64,000 nucleotides of DNA, from assembly GCF_006345805.1 (NCBI RefSeq), contig NC_042997.1:69564001-69628000 (forward strand). The letters run 5' to 3'. Under the pieces are notes generated by a model that saw nothing but the letters and a program-made list of their open reading frames with translations, ran no database searches and was not told the DNA's origin. Shown in pieces: positions 1 to 11,750 of this stretch. Source of the stretch: Octopus sinensis. Its lineage: Eukaryota. The translations under genes were made by a program, and so were the position numbers. Each line of letters opens with the position of its first letter. Position 1 is the stretch's first letter.

Positions 1-390
1 GGGCAAGCAAAGCAGATTTTCCGGTGGCTGTGGCAAAAGAGGATGTCTTGTTGGCGAGGCAGAAAGGAATGAGGACAGAAACACTCCTCTTTGGTAAAGC
101 CCTCATTGACTTTTTCAAGTTCCACTTGAAAAGGAAAGGGAGGGTGGAGAGGGAGGGGCTGTCCCCGAGTGAATTTATGAAAAGGTGAGTGAAAGTTGCG
201 AAAATGACAAGAGTGAATGGTACCACTCCCAGTGTAGACCTGTGAGTCGGAAGAAAGGAGTTGGAGATGGCACTCGTCCTAGGTATTCAGGGTGATCTTG
301 GATGGTGGAGTTCCTCGATTATCCCTAGAGATCCTCCTGTACCAGAGGGGGGGGGGCATCACTATCACTTTCCCCCCTCTTCTTCTAGTG
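1..390 (+). mobile_element. Tx1/L1-like LINE, ORF2 C-terminus plus 3' UTR (truncated by window start)
   Basis: Translates VAVAKEDV...KALIDFFKFHLKRKGRVERE...VDL* (stop near 246). Clearly homologous to the minus-strand ORF2 end at 40707-41200 (VAVAKAVVWW...QALINFSKFHLKRKMRVERK...SVYL*). Confidence 0.7.
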
Positions 391-419
391 TCGTATTCTA
401 TGTACAGCAGACTGTTAGA

Positions 420-1250
420 AGTGAGTTTTTTGAACGATCTTGTGTACTTTGCCTCCGGAATGTCACGCAAGAGCATTCAGCAAAAGTCCCCCATGATGCT
501 GAGGTTCCATTTGCCTTGGTAGTTGCTCTCAATCTTAGTAATATCTTGTTGGAACCTTTCACTATGCTCATCACTCACTGCTCTGAGCTTCGGCGGGAAG
601 AATTTGAAGTAGGAGTGAAGAAGGTGAATTTTGAGCGACATTCGGCATCCCATATCCTCATAAGATTCTAACAACTTCTCGATACACTCTTGGTAATCTA
701 GTACCCGTGTTACTAAGGAAGCCATGGCAGACTGACTTAAATGTTTCTCATGCTCTCAGTTCTTTTAAGGTAATAAGCTTCTCAAAGTCCTTATCCTTCA
801 ACACCTCTCGGATCTAAGGTCCAACGGAGATGGCCTTCCTGAGCGTAGCAGAACTGCATGCACAAGTGTTGGAGGGTAGCGCAGTTTTGTCCATGGCCTT
901 CACGAAATTCTTCATTAAACCAAGCTTGAAATGAAGAGGAGAACGAAGCATCTTGTTCATGTCCACCAGAGTAATATCCTAAATGAACCAGGACTACTTG
1001 ATTCGAGCATGTAGATGATCTAAAGTTACTATATGCTATTATATATCTGTTTCTTTATAAACATAAATCAGTCATCAAATATCTTACGCACCCTGTATAT
1101 GGTTGCGTGAATTGTTGCAAAACCATAAAAATGTACATCTGAAAAACTAGGGGTGATGAGTGAAAACTGGTTTTGTATCTGAAATCAGCACCCAAAAATT
1201 AGACTAGAACAACTATTTTTATGTTTGCTTCAATTTCTTTGTAAACCAGT
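420..1250 (-). mobile_element. Chapaev3-like (CMC superfamily) DNA transposon remnant: C-terminal half of transposase and one terminus
   Basis: Minus strand gives PLHFKLGLMKNFVKAMDK (near 880-935) and MGCRMSLKIHLLHSYFKFFP...AVSDEHSERFQQDI...YQGKW (ORF 477-725), with stops and frameshifts. The sequence ends ...AAACCAGTG at 1250, which is 5'-CACTGG on the minus strand. Family assignment is from recalled motifs. Confidence 0.7.
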
Positions 1251-1399
1251 GTTATTATTATGCTGGTCTTTTCAATAATTTCTTTCTATTTTCGCCATTC
1301 TTCTCTATCACATAGTGTGCAGTTGTATTGACATACGAAGCTTACATAGAAACATACATCAATACACACATATACATATAATACACGCGTGTATGTCTG

Positions 1400-1656
1400 T
1401 CTGAAGGTAAGGATAAAGTTACCTTCCTGAGTAATGTCGTTGCATAAGGACCGGTTTCCATGACGTATAAATTTCCCACCTGGTCGGGACGCCGGTCCGT
1501 CGCAGGACTACTCATTTTTGCCAGCTGAGTAGACTGTAGCAACGTGAAATGAAGTGTTTTATTCAAGAGCAGAACGCACTGCGTGCTCCAGGAACTGAAA
1601 CCACAATCTTACGATCATGAGTCCAACAGCCTAACCACTGAGCCACACGCTTCCAC
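1400..1656 (-). mobile_element. tRNA-derived SINE (family C/D in this report)
   Basis: Contains ACTCATTTTTGCCAGCTGAGT...GCAACGTGAAATGAAGTG...ATCTTACGATCATGAG...CTAACCACTGAGCCAC, nearly identical to 49528-49708. The tRNA-like head is at the right end on the minus strand. Confidence 0.8.
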
Positions 1657-3080
1657 TGTCTGTCTATTCTTATTATGAAAACGGTAAAACCCTCGATGCA
1701 CTATTATATCTCATGTGTGTAGAATCTTTATAAATTTCTCTCTCTCACACTCTCTCCCTTTCTCTCTCTCTCTCTTTCTCCACGTATTTCTCTCTTTCTG
1801 TCTCCAGCGATACACACACACTCGCATACACACACACAGACGTGTGTCAGGTACAAATAAATGCCAATTATTTCGACCTCATAGAATTAAAAGACTCTTT
1901 TGTTGTTTTATTTTGAGTTCTTATTTTTTTTTTTTACCTTTCCTCTCCAAGAATTTTTTCTTCTCTTTCTCTGGAACTGTTGAATTAATTGCAGTAAACA
2001 TTCGCACATGAACATTCAGCTACAAAAACTTGTGCACAAATATACCTAAATGGGCGCTCGCGCATGTGTGTTTATGTGTGCACCTGTATGTGTGTATTTG
2101 TTTGTTTTGTGCGCGCATACATGCGCGTGCGCACACACACACTCACACACACACACATACTCAAATACTCACACACGGACATACATATGTAAACACTCAT
2201 ACAAATATATTTTGTTTGATAGTGCATTGTGGCTGTTTGTACTTCGCTTAAGGTTGAGACAGGTCCCCTTTACAAATATTCTTCATACTTTTCTCTTAAT
2301 CTAAATCCTAATAAAATATGAGCTACGGGCATCTCAAATATGATCTTTTATATACGGAATATTTATTGCTCGGAAAAATATCCAAGTGGTTCACTTTTTT
2401 AAAATTCCTATCATTCTTAATAGCAAGAATGCACACTCAGTTATATATCACTTTCAAATAAGCAGTTATGAAAAAAAAATATATATATATATAAAGAGCA
2501 GTAGTTATAGCGATAACATGAATAATACCGAAAACTACAATAACAGTGTAACAAAACAACAACAACAACAACACGAACAATAACAGCAACACCAGCAATA
2601 GCACCAACACCACCACTGCCAGCAGCAAGAACAGTATCAAAAAATGTGTACTGTGAGTGAGAGAGAATTTGAATATTGAGGAAAATGGTGTGGTATATAT
2701 ATATATATTAGATATATTAGTAGACAAAATAAAGTGTCTGGAAAACTAAACCATTTGCTTAAGAATGTTTTGGTTTTTTCTTTTGTTTTCTTTTGTCTTC
2801 TTTTAGCGAATGTAAAGAATCATTCTCAGTTAGCTCCGGTTATCTACCTCCTTCCCTCCCTCACTCTCACACTCTCTATCACTCGCTTTGAGCACGCGTG
2901 TTCTCTCATATAACAATATACACAAATACCATGTGTGTGTGTGTATTCATTCATTCACACACACACACATACACACACACACACACACATATGCATATGA
3001 ATGTATATACTTACATATACTCAAATACGTATATATATATATTAATATGTATACATATATATATATTCATATATATGCAT

Positions 3081-3088
3081 ACACACAC

Positions 3089-3154
<66 letters not shown>

Positions 3155-3163
3155 TGATAGATT

Positions 3164-3232
<69 letters not shown>
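3081..3232. repeat. (AGAT)n microsatellite
   Basis: Directly visible tetranucleotide array. Confidence 0.97.
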
Positions 3233-3233
<1 letters not shown>

Positions 3234-3464
3234 CATAAATATGCATGATATACTTATATCCTATTACTAAATAAGTCTTGTTTATAAAAGAACAATTAGT
3301 TCACCTTTATATTACTCTTCAGTTAAATGTAGCGAACGATATACATGGATGTATACTGTTAAGTATGTTGCTCATGGATTTGCATTCAATTCCAAGGACA
3401 GGATATGTGTCCTCCCCATGAGTTGAAGCGAGCAAACTGAGAGCGCTTTTTAGTTTCTCTGACT

Positions 3465-3541
3465 TATATGTGTGTGTGTGTGCGTGTGGTGTGTGTGTAT
3501 GTATGTATGTATGTGTGTGTGTGTGCGTGTGTGTGTTTGTA

Positions 3542-3580
<39 letters not shown>

Positions 3581-3636
3581 GTGTGTGTGCGTGTGTGTGA
3601 GAGAGAGAGAGTGTACGTGTGAGAGAGAGAGAGAGT
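3465..3636. repeat. (TG)n/(AG)n compound microsatellite
   Basis: Directly visible. Confidence 0.95.
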
Positions 3637-3831
3637 TTTGGAGAATTCTTGATTTTTGAGATTCTCCTCTTCTCATTCGGAACTGATCTCAATTGACACC
3701 AAACACCTGCTCCATTGTCCTTTGACAAATAATTTCAATGAAACAAGAATCGTTCTGGTATGGTATTTCATATATCCTTATTGGCTTTGTGGTTCTGGGT
3801 GATTTGACTTAGCTCATTCAACACACACAAC

Positions 3832-3862
<31 letters not shown>

Positions 3863-4409
3863 GCGCACACAAACACACACACACACACACACACAAACAC
3901 ATACACACACACACACACACACGAACACGTTGTTTAGTAAATGGTGAATGATGCATAGTGGTAGTAACTAATCAGCTTTTGATAATGTATTGCACACGGT
4001 TGACAACAACCCTTTGCTCTGTAGTCACCAGTTGATGCAGTTGTTCGTTTACTACAAGAAGTTACTAAATCTATCTCAAATCGTACCCTGATCTCTTCAA
4101 AAAATGTTATGGTCCATTAGAAAATATGTTTCTTCACATATTACATATGTTATAAACCAGGAGTATTCAAGTGTTATTTGATCAGTGTTGATCTGAGGTT
4201 AAACAACAAATAGAATATGTGAAGATAGATAACTACTAAATAAAAACACATTAGCTTCTATTGTACAAAACTCATATTTTAAACGGTGTTGTACAATCTG
4301 AGTTCATGATGTTCATGTTTTTCTTATTCATGAAATGAATGGGCTTTGATTGAGAACTGAACACTCGTTGAGTGTTTTTTATACCGAGAACAAACTTCTC
4401 TCTCTCTGT

Positions 4410-4562
<153 letters not shown>

Positions 4563-4564
4563 TG

Positions 4565-5745
4565 GAGGAGGAGATTTCCGGTTAAGTTTAGATGCAAAAG
4601 AAACGCCTTAGGAAATAAGGGAACACAGGGCAAGGTGGAGGCTATTTCACTTAAACGATCTCATGATTCGACTAAGGTTTTTTTCAGAGCAGTGATATTT
4701 TTGTAGGAAACTCATGAAACATTACTTTCTAGAATAGACCAAATAGCGAAGACCATAGGGTTGGCGTCTATGCTGGAGGGCAGCTAAACATTCTTGTCCT
4801 AGAACCCGCTGAAATGACTCCTGCATCATTGCTTATCACACTGGGCGTATGAGAAGGGGAACCGTCTTACGTGAACACGTAATTATCTCTAAATGTTTTG
4901 GTCACCCACATCAAAACATCATCCATTAACATTTTCGTGTAAATTACCGAACTGACCGCCGTCTCTTCTTTAATAAACACTAGAGGGGATTTTCCACCAT
5001 CAGATGACACTGCCACCCAAACCATCACTCCGGTGAGCTTCATTCGACGAAACACCTTATGGGTGCCTTCGGGAACAGCATCCAACGTCGTGGTCAAAAT
5101 CCTGTCATTTTGGGTGTCCGCTACAGCCTTCACAATGAATAAATCTTCGTTCGATTAGATGAAAACATTGTCACCAGCGCTCTGAATCTTCTCCGCCACT
5201 TTCTTGCACCTGTCCAGTCGCATTACTTTGGAAGCGTCCGAAATTAGGTGTCGATGTTGCAGTTTTAATGACTTACTATTTAAGTTTTCATGCATGACCC
5301 GTCGCATAATTGTCTGTGGGATATCGAGACTTTTAGCCATTTGCCTCATGTTCCGCTGTGGGTTTCGCTACGCTCTCTTTCGGACGACATTCACCAATTG
5401 TTTCGTCCTTATGGATCGTTTTCGACCAAGTTTGCTGTCGATTGAACCTGTCTCATGACATTATAGACTGTTCTGGGATCATCACCAACTCTTGAAACCA
5501 AGTCTTTGGTGCAATGTCCTGCTTTTTTCAGAATTACAATCTCACTTCGCCATATTGAAACGTTTTACTCGCTGAATGTATAGGCGCAGGAATGGCTGTG
5601 TTGTAAGTAGCTTGCTTACCAACCACATGGTTCCGGGTTTAGTCCCACTGCGTGGCACCTTGGGCAAGTATCTTCTACTATAGCCTCGGGCCGACCAAAG
5701 CCTTGTGAGTAGATTTGGTAGACGGAAACTGAAAGAAGCCTGTCG

Positions 5746-5776
<31 letters not shown>

Positions 5777-6130
5777 GTGTGTGTGTCTGTTTGCGTCTGT
5801 GTTTGTCCCCACAACATCGCTGGACAACCAATGCTGGTATGTTTACGTCCCCGTAAGTTAGTGGTTCGGCAAAAGAGACCAATAGAATAAGTACTAGGCT
5901 TACAAAGAAGAATAAGTCCTGGGGTCGATTTGCTCGACTAAAGACGGTGCCCCAGCATGGCCGCAGTCAAATGACTGACACTAGTAAAAGAGTAAAAGAG
6001 TAAAACAATGGAGTGTACATGAACAATTAAATGCCATGGGGCGTATTTGAATTATTTTGGGGCAATTTCTTACTAAGTTAAATAAAATAAACCTCTTTAA
6101 ACAATCGGGAACTCTTTACGGTGCACCCTG
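4565..6130 (-). mobile_element. maT/DD37D-like (Tc1/mariner superfamily) transposon, degenerate, with a SINE inserted in its 5' non-coding region
   Basis: Minus-strand fragments MRQMAKSLDI...RLDRCKK (5155-5349) and VMVWVAVSSDGGKSPLVFI...YVFT*DG (4867-5133), followed by a degenerate WPPSSPDxNPxDFAIW-type motif. A terminal TA|CAGGGTGCACC lies at 6130 on the minus strand. The 3' TIR is not seen and the element ends in the TG tract. Confidence 0.75.
5582..6004 (+). mobile_element. tRNA-derived SINE family A, full length, with internal (TA)n/(TG)n tract
   Basis: Head AGGCGCAGGAATGGCTGTGTTGTAAG...GGTTCCGGGTTTAGTCCCACTGCGTGGCACC (A/B-box-like), body ending GGGGTCGATTTG...CAGCATGGCCGCAGTCAAATGACTG and a (GTAAAAGA)n tail. 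Homologous to six other copies in the window. Confidence 0.9.
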
Positions 6131-6904
6131 TACAAGATTCACTCTTGTTGAATCGTAGATGTGATGGTCACCTCCAGGGAAAAAATTACTATTACCCATG
6201 AACAGAGTGTGAATTGAGCATTGCAGATGAACAAATCACTCCTCAGTTTCACAGTGCTACTTCCGTTTGCAGCTCAAAGGTGATTCTGATGGGGTGGAGG
6301 TTTATTCTTTAGTCAGTTATATCTTGGCTACAAATTGTAGTTTAGTTGTTTTTGGCTGATTGCAAGTTAATGAAACACAGTGCTAAAGATTAGAAACAAA
6401 TTCCTTACACATCCGCCTATAGTATGACACTTGTAACCTAGCAGTCCCATCTTCTCTTTCTCTCTCTCTTTCTTCCTCTCCTTCCTTCTCTCTCTCTTTT
6501 CCTCTCCTTCTTTCTCTCTCTTCTTTCTCATTCTTTCTCTTTCTCATTCTTTCTCATTTTTTCACTCTCATTCTTTCTCTTTCCCTCTTTCATCCTCTCT
6601 TATAATATAACTAAATCGAAAATAGTAAACCTTGCATTGTTTTCTTTTTTAAACAACGGTACATGTCTTGTTATTTGAGTTTTTTCTTTTACATTTGTTG
6701 AACCACCCACTACTATCATCAACAAAGTTGATATCCTTACAGAAGTGGTCACTCATTCTGTTGCTGGTGCATTGAGTGAGCCTTGACACTTGAGTCTTCA
6801 AATAAAGCCCACTTGTGCTAGACCTGCCCCTGAGTTCAAGTTGAACTAAACTGTAAATAAACAAAACACTTATGCTAAAGATTACTGCTGGTCGTTTGTG
6901 ACAA

Positions 6905-7450
6905 CGGTGTTGAGGGGGTGGTAGATGTGGCGATATAGCTGTTGGGAGGCTGGGGTGGTGATGATGGTAACGAAGGAGGCGGTTGTGTCGGCGGCGGTGA
7001 CGGTGGCAGCAGCGGTTGTTGTTGTCGTTGTTGTTGTTGCCGTCGTTGTTGTTGTTGTTGTGATGGTGGTCGTGGTGGCTGTGATGGTGATGATGGTGGT
7101 GATAATGGTGGTAGAGGTTACGACGGCTGTAAATTTGTTGATGTAGTTAATGCTATAGTTGCTGGAGGTTATGGTGGTGTTCGTTGTTGATATTGGTAGT
7201 AGTAAGGGCGTTAGTCGAATTACTGATGTTATTATTGTTGTCTGTAACACAGATGGTGTGTTAAAGCCGGTACTGTTGTTAATGCTGTTGTTGGTAAGAA
7301 TATTGTTATTGATGATATTGTAGTTGTTGCAAATGTTGTTATATTAGTGGTGTTGGGGTGATGTTGGTGATAGTAATAGTAGCTAAGAGGGTGGTAGATT
7401 CACTGTGTTATTACTGAGTATATTGTTCTAGTTGCTGGTGATGGTGCCGA
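6905..7450. repeat. GGT/GTT/GAT low-complexity trinucleotide region
   Basis: Directly visible; source of the poly-T/poly-V ORFs. Confidence 0.9.
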
Positions 7451-7491
7451 TTCTGCATTACAGAGTTAGAGTAAATAGTTTCACTGTATCA

Positions 7492-7711
7492 AGGCGGCGC
7501 GCTGGCAGAAACGTTAGCACGCCGGGCAAAATGCTTACCGGTATTTCAGCTGTCTTTAGGTTGTGAGTTCAAATCCCACCGAGGTCGGCTTTGCCTTTTA
7601 TCCTTTCAGGGTCGATAAATTAAGCACCAGTTGCGTACTGGGATCAATCTAATCGACTGCTCCCCCACCAAAAGAAATTTCGGATCTTGTGCTTAGAGTA
7701 GAAATGTATAT
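7492..7711 (+). mobile_element. tRNA-derived SINE family B with 13-bp target-site duplication
   Basis: AGGCGGCGCGCTGGCAGAAACGTTAGC...GAGTTCAAATCCC (B box)...GGGTCGATAAATTAAG. Flanked by TTTCACTGTATCA at 7479-7491 and 7712-7724. Confidence 0.9.
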
Positions 7712-7732
7712 TTTCACTGTATCACAGTCATT

Positions 7733-7922
7733 AAGGCGGTGAACAGGCAAAATATTTTGCACACGGAGCAAAAATGCTTTCCGGCGTTTCGTCTGTCTTT
7801 ATGTTCTGAGTTCAAATTCCACCGAGGTCGACTTTGCCTTTCATCCTTTTGGAGTTGGTAAAATGAGTACCAGTTAAGTACTCAGGTCGATGTAATCGAC
7901 TCATCCCCACCTCCCCTAAACT
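7733..7922 (+). mobile_element. tRNA-derived SINE family B (older copy)
   Basis: AAGGCGGTGAACAGGC...TTCTGAGTTCAAATTCCACCGAGGTCGACTTTGCCTTTCATCC...GTCGATGTAATCGAC. Confidence 0.85.
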
Positions 7923-8094
7923 TGTTCCATACAGCTTTGGTCATCAAGTTCTTTTGTTTAACCAGGACTTATCTAATATGACCTTCCTTATTTTAAGGTA
8001 TCGTGACATCATAACATATCTCCTATTTCTAGTATGTCCAGAGACCATGTAATCGCTGAAGGAATGACAGCGACTTAATGTTTCTAGTATTTAG

Positions 8095-8420
8095 GTAATG
8101 TGGTAGTGTTGTTGTTTATTGGTGGCAGTGACTGCAGCGGCAGCAGTGGTGCTATAGTTGGCTGCGGCAGTAGCGATGGTTGTGATGGTAGCAGCGGTGG
8201 CAGTGCGGTGTTGATGGTAGCGGTGGCAGCGGTGATGGTGATTGTGGTGTTGATGAAGGTGACGTTGATGACGGTGGCAGCAGTAGTGCTAATGTTGTTG
8301 TTGTTGCTGTTGATAGTGGTGGTAACGGTGGTGGTGTCGGTGTTGTTGTTGGTGGTGGCGGTGGTGGTGGTGGTGGTGGTGGTGGTAGTGGTGGTGGTAA
8401 TGGTGGTGGTGGTTGACAGT
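8095..8420. repeat. GGT/GGC/GTT low-complexity region
   Basis: Directly visible. Confidence 0.9.
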
Positions 8421-9118
8421 GGTGAAGCACTAACCGTTGTGTTCATGGTAGCTGATTGCAGAAACTGAGTGTCAATACTGTAGTTTTTCTTGTTCAGACA
8501 AAGGGGACAGCTTTGATAAAGCAGTTTCTGATTAAAGGCTCCGATCACGGATTTTCGTCCTTTGTCAAGAAACAGGAGAAAAAAAAACGGTAACAGTTCT
8601 ACAGTAGACGAAACACGTCAGAAATGACCGACTAAAGTAATAGACCGAAATGTTCTTTCACAGAAGTTTTAGTCAAGGGAGATAAAAAAATTGAGCTCTT
8701 TTAAACGTATGTGTGTGTGTGCGAACATTTTGATTAAGTTATGTTTGGTAGAAGTTTTGATGGGAACGTTTCACCAGTATTCCTTGTACTGACTGTATTT
8801 GTGTATATGTGTGTCTGTATGAATGAATAAGTAAAAAAATGTATGTATGAATGAATGTACGTACGTATTTACGAATGTATGTATGAATGGATGGATGCAT
8901 GCATGCATATATTGGCTTTGATCAATTCGAAGAGAACAATCTATAGCACTTCACTGATTAGACAAAAACCAATCGGCTCCAGATGTTTAATGTATGTGGC
9001 GTGTGTCTGTGTATGTGTATGTTAGTGCGTGTATACTTATATATATATATATATATATAGATATATATATATTATATATATATATATATATTATATATAT
9101 ATATATATATAATATATA

Positions 9119-10362
9119 TTACTGTTTATATGTTTGTACTGTCGTTACCGTCTTGCTTTTTTTTACCCCTCTGCGAAAAGATCTCAGAATTTTAATTGAT
9201 TTGCTTTTCGCGGGAAGGAAGTTTTCTTCGAAGTATACGTCTCGCTTTTATCCTTCGAAACGTTTAGTAGATGAAATCTTAGCGACTGAAGAAGGGAAGA
9301 GGGGATTTTTCGTTGTGCTTATTGTCCTGTATCTCTCCTTTTTTTTGCTTGTCTTGTTCCTTGTTTGTGTCTATGTGTTTCGTCTCTCTATGTGTTCGAC
9401 GTCTTTTTGGTGTCCTGTACACATATATGCGTGTATATGTACATGTAGAGGTAGGTACGTACATATATGTTTATATATATGCATATATTCTATTTTATTA
9501 ACATATTATACGACTAAACGCACGCACCCTATTAAGTAAGATTGTTCTGTTTATCAAGTTAGCCTTGATATTAACTCTCACGCGACTCTGCATCTTTCTT
9601 TCTTTCTCTCCCATTCCCTTTTTCGTCTTTTTTTCCCTCACTTAACTTGTCTCTTCCTCTCTCTCTCATTCTTCATTCTCTCTCTCCCTTTCACCATTCT
9701 TCATGGTCTCCTCGCACCATTCCCCTTCTTCTCTCTCTTCCTCTTGCTCCTCCTCCCCCATTCCGTCATCCATCTGCGACGATACTTCCGTCGTAACTGC
9801 TATCCTGTCTTTTCTCGCCCGCCTTGTAAGGCTTCTGGTCGACAAATTTTCCCTCTCTCGTCTTCCACGATAATCCAGCGTTTGCAATACTTTTTTCGTC
9901 TGGCGTTAACAGCCCTTCTTATCTTGTTCTCCTTGTCCTGTCTCTCACTGTTATATATTTATTTTTCCACTGTTTATATATATATTTTTTACTGTTTATA
10001 TGTTTGTACTGTCGTTACCGTCTTGCTTTTTTTTACCCCTCTGCGAAAAGATCTCAGAATTTTAATTGATTTGCTTTTCGCGGGAAGGAATTTTTCTTCG
10101 AAGTATACGTCTCGCTTTTATCCTTCGAAACGTTAGTAGATGAAATCTTAGCGACTGAAGAAGGGGATTTTTCGTTGTGCTTATTGTCCTGTATCTCTCC
10201 TTTTTTTTGCTTGTCTTGTTCCTTGGTTTGTGTCTATGTGTTTCGTCTCTCTATGTGTTCGACGTCTTTTTGGTGTCCTGTACACATATATGCGTGTATA
10301 TGTACATGTAGAGGTAGGTACGTACATATATGTTTATATATATGCATATATTCTATTTTATT

Positions 10363-10369
<7 letters not shown>
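9119..10369. repeat. Recent direct duplication: 9119-9506 and 9989-10369
   Basis: Two ~385-bp copies differing by about one substitution, two 1-nt indels and one 7-nt indel, with a 482-bp unique spacer. Confidence 0.95.
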
Positions 10370-10399
<30 letters not shown>

Positions 10400-10505
10400 G
10401 CATGTACATATATATAGATATATTTCCATATCTATCTATATACATGTGTATGCGTGTGTTTGCAAATATGTGCTCGCACATACGCCTCTACACATACACA
10501 CACAT

Positions 10506-10583
<78 letters not shown>

Positions 10584-11194
10584 GCATACATACATACATA
10601 ATACATAACATATATCTGTGTATATATATATGTGTGTGTGTATGTATGTATGTATATTCAAGATGATCTTAGTATCTATAGTATTGGCAGCAGATTAAAA
10701 AACATGATAAAGCACCACTCTACAAGACTCCAACAGCAATGATGCTACTATCGGAATGGTTTGAAATATTTTGATAAAGTGATAAAACTTTGGCAGATTA
10801 AGAATTCATTCATAGAAGAACATAGTGTCACCCACTATCTAAATTTTGTTATTTTATATTTTGTCCTTTATTTATTCAATTTTATTTTCATTTTTATTTT
10901 TCTTAATGTGATTGCCAAGGAAATATTTTTGTGATGGCACCGAGAAATGGGAGGAATTTAAGATGCCAGTTCTTCAAGTATGCTGCAGCATTTCGAAAGT
11001 TGTTTATGCATGTCTGTATGAATGAAAATGGAATATCTGTGCATTTGCATAGTGGTGAATACATACATCTTTCTGTTTATACTCATACTCACATAGATGC
11101 ACTCTCATCCACTTTGCACTTGCATATGCAAACTTATATTATATATATATAAGTACATGTATTTATCTATGTGTCTGCCTTCCTGTCTGTCTGT

Positions 11195-11205
11195 CTGCCT
11201 ACCTG

Positions 11206-11286
<81 letters not shown>

Positions 11287-11357
11287 AAATCTATCTATTT
11301 ACCTTTATATATATATATATAAATAATAATAATGATAATAATAATAATGATAATAAC

Positions 11358-11430
<73 letters not shown>
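11195..11430. repeat. (CTAT)n followed by (AAT)n microsatellites
   Basis: Directly visible. Confidence 0.95.
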
Positions 11431-11708
11431 TCTGGGATTCTAGGATGGAATTTATAAATATTCTACGCGCGATTCTACAAGTCACATGACTTTTACATCA
11501 GGGTCCGTGTCCTTGAGATGAGTACAAATTATAAATTCTATCCTAGAATTATTATTATTATTATATTCATCCTACATTACATCGGTATAACCATGATGCA
11601 ACCCCTAAACACTGACTCACTAGTCAGTATCATTAGACGGTAGCCGGCATAATGAAATAGGAGCTTTATTTGTATACCCTTAACGTTACCACAAACGAAT
11701 GTAAAAGA

Positions 11709-11750
<42 letters not shown>

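Noticed and set aside
5582-5660. tRNA genes at SINE heads (also 7492, 21207, 49399, 58971)
   Set aside because: A/B-box-like motifs run into SINE bodies, and no complete cloverleaf with an acceptor stem is evident.
8597-8620. GAAAC-AC-GTC hammerhead 3' half with a small upstream hairpin
   Set aside because: No CUGANGA-like core upstream.
9123-10366. TRIM/LTR element (TG...CA ends, TGTTTATA/TATTAACA inverted ends)
   Set aside because: No TSD, no PBS or PPT next to the repeats on either strand, and identity between the copies extends beyond the TG and CA boundaries.
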